A DNA stretch of 7,239 nt from the IMG/VR virus record IMGVR_UViG_2778261535_000001, positions 1-7,239 of that record; one strand, written 5' to 3'. Each line of letters begins with the position of its first letter. The stretch's first letter is position 1. The notes under the pieces are model-generated. The model was not told where the DNA came from, did not search any database, and saw nothing but the letters and a program-made list of their open reading frames with translations. The position numbers and the translations under genes were made by a program. Shown here one piece after another: positions 3,355 through 7,239 of this stretch. This DNA is from a virus (Duplodnaviria > Heunggongvirae > Uroviricota > Caudoviricetes).

Positions 3355-5829
3355 TTATTGCGGAGTGACATCCTGTGGTCGCCACCAGTATGTCTGGTTA
3401 AACTCTTTCTTCGAACGTTGCTCCATTTTACGCAAATAACCTGGTGAAAAATACTCCTGCATCTGGTTAAAGATCATGTGATCGAGAGCCGCCTTTAAGT
3501 ACCAGAGATTCGCACCTGGCATCAGACCTTTCCCCAGCTTAACCAGATCACCACCAGTCTGCTCATTCTTCCCTTCCACAGCATTTAACGGTATGCCCTG
3601 AGCAATCTTCACTACGTCATCAACCAGACCAGCTACCGGGCCAAGCATCGACGCCAGCGCGCCGCTTCCGTACCTAGTGTGATCTGACAATAAAAAGTCA
3701 CCGTAAAGGCCAAGACCACCACCTTTCAGTAGAGCACCAAGCCAAAATTTAGCAGCATCTTCTCCTGTCATCTCGCGAGGATTACGACCAGACGCAAGGT
3801 CGTTAAGTTGCTGCGACAAAGCGCCAAGAATGGTCGTACTGGCAATAAACGTCGCAATATATGCCGCACGCCCACCAGCAGACGGCATACCCATAGCGCG
3901 TGACCAGTGACGCATAACCACCGAGATAGGGAACGATTTAAACAGGAAAACACTTCTCGTTAATTCACCTTTCCATGTTCCACGCTGAATACCAGAACCG
4001 GTTATCAGTTGCTCACGTGCTCCCGGTGTAATAACAGCCATATCAACTTCTTCAGTTACGGCACCGAGCAGTTTACGCATTGCCTCAAATTTCACGCGTT
4101 CAGGCTCACCAAGATGTTTAACTGCTGAATCAGGGATACGCATAATGCTTTCCGGTGTCAGCATCGTATTATTACCGTTCCCCCAGTCCTCCTGTTGCGC
4201 CAGCTTCCATACGCTCCAGTCTGTGTCAGTAATCCCTTTGCTTTTCAGGATACGAAAATCAGAGTCATCGAGGCTACGAAGGTCTGGTGTCCGTGACACT
4301 ACTTCTCCCAGGCTTCCCATCATGGTTACGCCATAGGCGCGCTTGTGCGCATCTGACCATGCTGTAAGCCCACTGGCACGCATTACCGCCGTTGCCGCCC
4401 AACGAGACACTGACGGCCCCATATTATCCATCGCCCAGCGGTTAACGCTGCCAAGTAGAGATTCCATCGCCAGACCAGCGCGGCGCGCCCGCGCAAGTTC
4501 TGTACGGTTCGTTGGGTCCATAGCTTCAAGCTGGTTGCGGAATAACTGGTTCATTGGAAGGTTGGTCACCTTCGCAGACAGATACATGGTTCCAAGATCA
4601 GAGAACGATGATAGCAACGCGGATCCGAGTCTGCTGGCAACCAGCCAGTTGCGGATATTGTCAGACCATCGCGCGATGTGCGGATTCGCTACAGGCTGTG
4701 TCTTTCCGGAAATAAAGTTGTACAGATTCTCTGTGTTGTTCGCCAGCCGCTCGACTTTACCGGTTTTACTCGGGTTAGCTGTTGCCGTTTCTGCCTTCAC
4801 CTGATCAAGAAGAGAGCGGAAAACATGATCTGGGTTTGGGCCATATGTTTCCACCAGTGCAATATCTTTACTGATACCTTCCAGGTGACCGACCATGATT
4901 TCCCATAGAGAGCGATCGCCATAAAGTTGCTGATATTGCAGATAGGAATCTGCATCTTTGAAATGTATCTGTCGTGATGCATTACCACGGTTAGCACGTG
5001 CGCCGGAAATTCGCATTCCGGTATCAGTAAGCTTATTCAGCCCACCAGTAGCGATCGTGTTATAAGCCTCTCCAAGAAATGCAGACAACTCGGCATCGTT
5101 CATCAGTTGTCCATCGGCTCGGATATAATATTTGCGATCCAGCTTACCTATAACATCGCTAACCCACTTATCCTTTGATACCGCCCCAACCTTTTCCATA
5201 GAATGATGTTGAGGGATCCCCCAGTTTTCGAGATAGCCAATGTCCCCACCAGCATCATTAAACCGGCGGCGCAGCAGCTCTGTAACTTCTCTCCACGCCT
5301 TAGCACCTTTTCTTGCTTTAGCATTGCCAGTATTTTGCCCCCGCATTTCATATACCAGGTCACGTACGCCCGCTTCATCTTCAAACAGACCAAAAAAGCG
5401 AGGATCAACTGCTTCGAATGCCTCCTGCAATTGACTCAATGCATAATCACGAGTGGCTTTTGTTCTGGACTCAACAGAGAGGAAATTCGATTTACCGTCT
5501 GCATTAAAAGCAATAGTACGGTTAAGAGCGCCAAGTTTCCCATCAGCCCCTTGATAGCTATTGATAAATTTATCCAATCTCTGACGTGCGGCTATAGTGA
5601 GGGCCACACGACGTTTCTTTAATGCCGCTTCTCGCTGTAATTCTTCAGATGCCAATTGTGCTGCACGATACAACCGCTCTGATTCGGAAAGTTGTCGCCA
5701 CGACATCGGGTCATCACGAGCAATGGAGCGCATATTTCGATAAATGCGGTCTTCAATGTTCTGTATTTCTCGCGCCGTTAACGTGCGCTGCGCCGCCTGC
5801 TGGACCGCTTGTATACATTCCTGTCTCAT
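3355..5829 (-). CDS. Large virion-associated protein, 824 aa (putative internal virion / DNA-ejection protein)
   Basis: Long ORF with ATG at 5829 and RBS GAGAGG 9 nt upstream; it starts 5 nt after the stop of the upstream gene, so the two are translationally coupled. It lies just upstream of the tailspike region, where podoviruses such as P22 and T7 encode ejection or core proteins. Gly-rich C-terminal segment. No motif I can assign with certainty; the function is by position and size only. Confidence 0.45.
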   Translation of the reverse strand: MRQECIQAVQQAAQRTLTAREIQNIEDRIYRNMRSIARDDPMSWRQLSESERLYRAAQLASEELQREAALKKRRVALTIAARQRLDKFINSYQGADGKLGALNRTIAFNADGKSNFLSVESRTKATRDYALSQLQEAFEAVDPRFFGLFEDEAGVRDLVYEMRGQNTGNAKARKGAKAWREVTELLRRRFNDAGGDIGYLENWGIPQHHSMEKVGAVSKDKWVSDVIGKLDRKYYIRADGQLMNDAELSAFLGEAYNTIATGGLNKLTDTGMRISGARANRGNASRQIHFKDADSYLQYQQLYGDRSLWEIMVGHLEGISKDIALVETYGPNPDHVFRSLLDQVKAETATANPSKTGKVERLANNTENLYNFISGKTQPVANPHIARWSDNIRNWLVASRLGSALLSSFSDLGTMYLSAKVTNLPMNQLFRNQLEAMDPTNRTELARARRAGLAMESLLGSVNRWAMDNMGPSVSRWAATAVMRASGLTAWSDAHKRAYGVTMMGSLGEVVSRTPDLRSLDDSDFRILKSKGITDTDWSVWKLAQQEDWGNGNNTMLTPESIMRIPDSAVKHLGEPERVKFEAMRKLLGAVTEEVDMAVITPGAREQLITGSGIQRGTWKGELTRSVFLFKSFPISVVMRHWSRAMGMPSAGGRAAYIATFIASTTILGALSQQLNDLASGRNPREMTGEDAAKFWLGALLKGGGLGLYGDFLLSDHTRYGSGALASMLGPVAGLVDDVVKIAQGIPLNAVEGKNEQTGGDLVKLGKGLMPGANLWYLKAALDHMIFNQMQEYFSPGYLRKMEQRSKKEFNQTYWWRPQDVTPQ

Positions 5830-5834
5830 TTAAT

Positions 5835-7239
5835 TTAACCTCTCAAGAAACACGCCACAGCGACATCAAACAGGCTGGAATCCTGTATTGCCTGCTCACT
5901 TTCCTTGTTCGCTTCATCCAGTACTTCACGAGCTCTGCGCGATTGTGAATTACCATCATCATCCAGCACGGTGATTATCATGTCAGGTGATTCAAGCAGC
6001 GAGTCTTCAGCTATGCGCAGATCAATATCTCCTGCCTGATCTGCCATCATTTTTTGTCCTGCCTGTTGCAATATTTTATCAGGCTCAAAAGGAGCTACTT
6101 CGTCTGGCGTCCTGACCTCTGCTGTTTTATAGAATGAAACAGCCTGAGCATTAAGTTCACTTTCTACCTGCTGTCGCCGTGCCAGTTCTGCTCGAGCTTC
6201 AAAAAACTGACCGCCAGGCTCATGCGGTGCCAACGCGTTACGGGAAAATTCTAGGCGTTCTTGTGCCTGCCGGATTAGTTGGTCAATATCGCGAAGTCTG
6301 ACCTGTTTATCTGATCGAGCACGAGATAAAGCCTTACCGCTACCGGTTGGCTCTTCTGCAAGAATTTGTGCGCGCTGTTCAGTGAGATTTTCAATAATTC
6401 GTTGGCTATTAGCGATTTCAGACTGGTAAACCTGTCTATCGCCACGCGGCAAAAGCTGCGCGGCCTGTTCTTCAAGCAACCGATTTTCTATAGCGCGCGC
6501 CGTTACTCCATCATCTACAGATGACAGAGCCTCATTAACTGCCTGAGACAGCAGACTCTTGCGCCCAGGAATTTCACTGAAAGATGCAGACTCAACAATG
6601 CTGGCAACGTCTACAGGTCTCCCCTGGCTAACATCAGACATGGCTTTTCGCAGAGCCTGAATGTGCGAATTACGCGAAAGCACGTTGATCGGCACGCCGG
6701 GAGCAATATCAATTTCAGCATGATGAGCGGCATTCGCCGCCAGTGCAGCATCGATATCAACTGGTGAAAAATTTGGTGCGCTTGTAGACTCGCCGCGAGA
6801 GTTAATAAATCTGCCGACACCACCAAACGCCACCCCAAGAACAGCATCAATAGCAATTGCCTGTCGATCCAACACATCATACTGGTTAGCCATTTCGCTA
6901 TAGCCACCATCACGAAGCGTTTTTGCAGTAAGCCCACGCTGTGCCATACCGAACGCAATATTTGTACCTGCGGCATAGGCAATATCTGGCGTTGCACGTA
7001 CTGCTGTTGCTGCGGCGCGTCGCACTGAACTTTCACCCGTCCGCGCAAGCTGAGCCGCCACACCTTCCGCCAGCGCACCACCAGCACGTAACCCGAAGCT
7101 CATAGGGATCAGTGTTCCGGCACCAGCAGTAATACCCTGCACTAATCCCGCTTCCTGCGCCGTCCTGAAATCAACACCCTGTGCTGTCAGCCGTTCAAAC
7201 TCAGAAAAACCCTGTAGCGAAGTTACCGCCGCAGCACCT
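5835..7239 (-). CDS. Large virion-associated protein, C-terminal 467 aa (5' end beyond window; putative internal virion / ejection protein)
   Basis: The frame stays open from the window edge (7238) to the TAA at 5835..5837; the track's start at 7142 is only an internal GVG-context GTG codon. Ala/Gly-rich N-proximal part, then a charged region predicted to be coiled-coil (QLIRQAQERLEFSRN...ARAELARRQQVESELNAQ). Co-oriented and coupled with the 824-aa gene. Confidence 0.45.
   Translation of the reverse strand, partial: GAAAVTSLQGFSEFERLTAQGVDFRTAQEAGLVQGITAGAGTLIPMSFGLRAGGALAEGVAAQLARTGESSVRRAAATAVRATPDIAYAAGTNIAFGMAQRGLTAKTLRDGGYSEMANQYDVLDRQAIAIDAVLGVAFGGVGRFINSRGESTSAPNFSPVDIDAALAANAAHHAEIDIAPGVPINVLSRNSHIQALRKAMSDVSQGRPVDVASIVESASFSEIPGRKSLLSQAVNEALSSVDDGVTARAIENRLLEEQAAQLLPRGDRQVYQSEIANSQRIIENLTEQRAQILAEEPTGSGKALSRARSDKQVRLRDIDQLIRQAQERLEFSRNALAPHEPGGQFFEARAELARRQQVESELNAQAVSFYKTAEVRTPDEVAPFEPDKILQQAGQKMMADQAGDIDLRIAEDSLLESPDMIITVLDDDGNSQSRRAREVLDEANKESEQAIQDSSLFDVAVACFLRG

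Noticed and set aside
3149-3439. 96-aa + strand ORF
   Set aside because: Spans the terminator hairpin and runs antisense through the 46-aa membrane ORF and the 3' end of the 824-aa gene; no RBS; the better-supported minus-strand small ORF explains the region.
3768-5948. Several + strand ORFs (4145..4336, 4343..4804, 4678..4908, 5203..5622, 5240..5434, 5622..5948) and minus-strand alternative-frame ORFs (3768..3953, 4797..4997, 5148..5408)
   Set aside because: All are embedded in or antisense to the continuous 824-aa reading frame; they lack RBSs and have low-complexity translations typical of shadow frames.
6275-7087. Minus-strand ORFs 6275..6475 and 6611..7087
   Set aside because: Alternative frames inside the long open frame 5835..7239; atypical Arg/Leu/Trp-rich composition.
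1-7239. CRISPR arrays, rRNA, integrase/att sites, IS elements
   Set aside because: No regularly spaced direct repeats, no rRNA-like or transposase/integrase-like reading frames, and no terminal inverted repeats were seen in this window.

Overview
The window looks like a segment of a tailed-phage or prophage genome from an enterobacterial host, judged by gene content and layout. Read along the minus strand it contains (a) the 3' part of a large gene (5835..7239, runs off the window) and an 824-aa gene (3355..5829), both probably virion internal or ejection proteins, followed by a 46-aa two-helix membrane ORF missing from the ORF track; (b) an accessory locus resembling the P22 immunity-I region; and (c) the 5' 828 nt of a tailspike gene whose product has a T7-fibre-like N-terminal domain followed by the start of a beta-helix domain. 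The accessory locus holds a BRO-N antirepressor (2429..3139, +) behind a structured leader with its own intrinsic terminator, an AT-richer gene for a membrane-anchored protein with two tandem C4 zinc ribbons (1303..2031, -), and an 85-aa protein (1024..1281, +) that is a paralogue of the antirepressor C-terminal domain and sits directly behind a LexA-box match. Three copies of a 17-bp palindrome (ATTACCT-N3-AGGTAAT) lie in the two divergent control regions, and two GC hairpins with the same stem mark the convergent gene junctions. The most interesting candidate is this SOS- and operator-gated module of mini-antirepressor, membrane-tethered zinc-ribbon protein and leader-controlled antirepressor. 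All functional calls are from reading the sequence and translations by eye; no database search was run.
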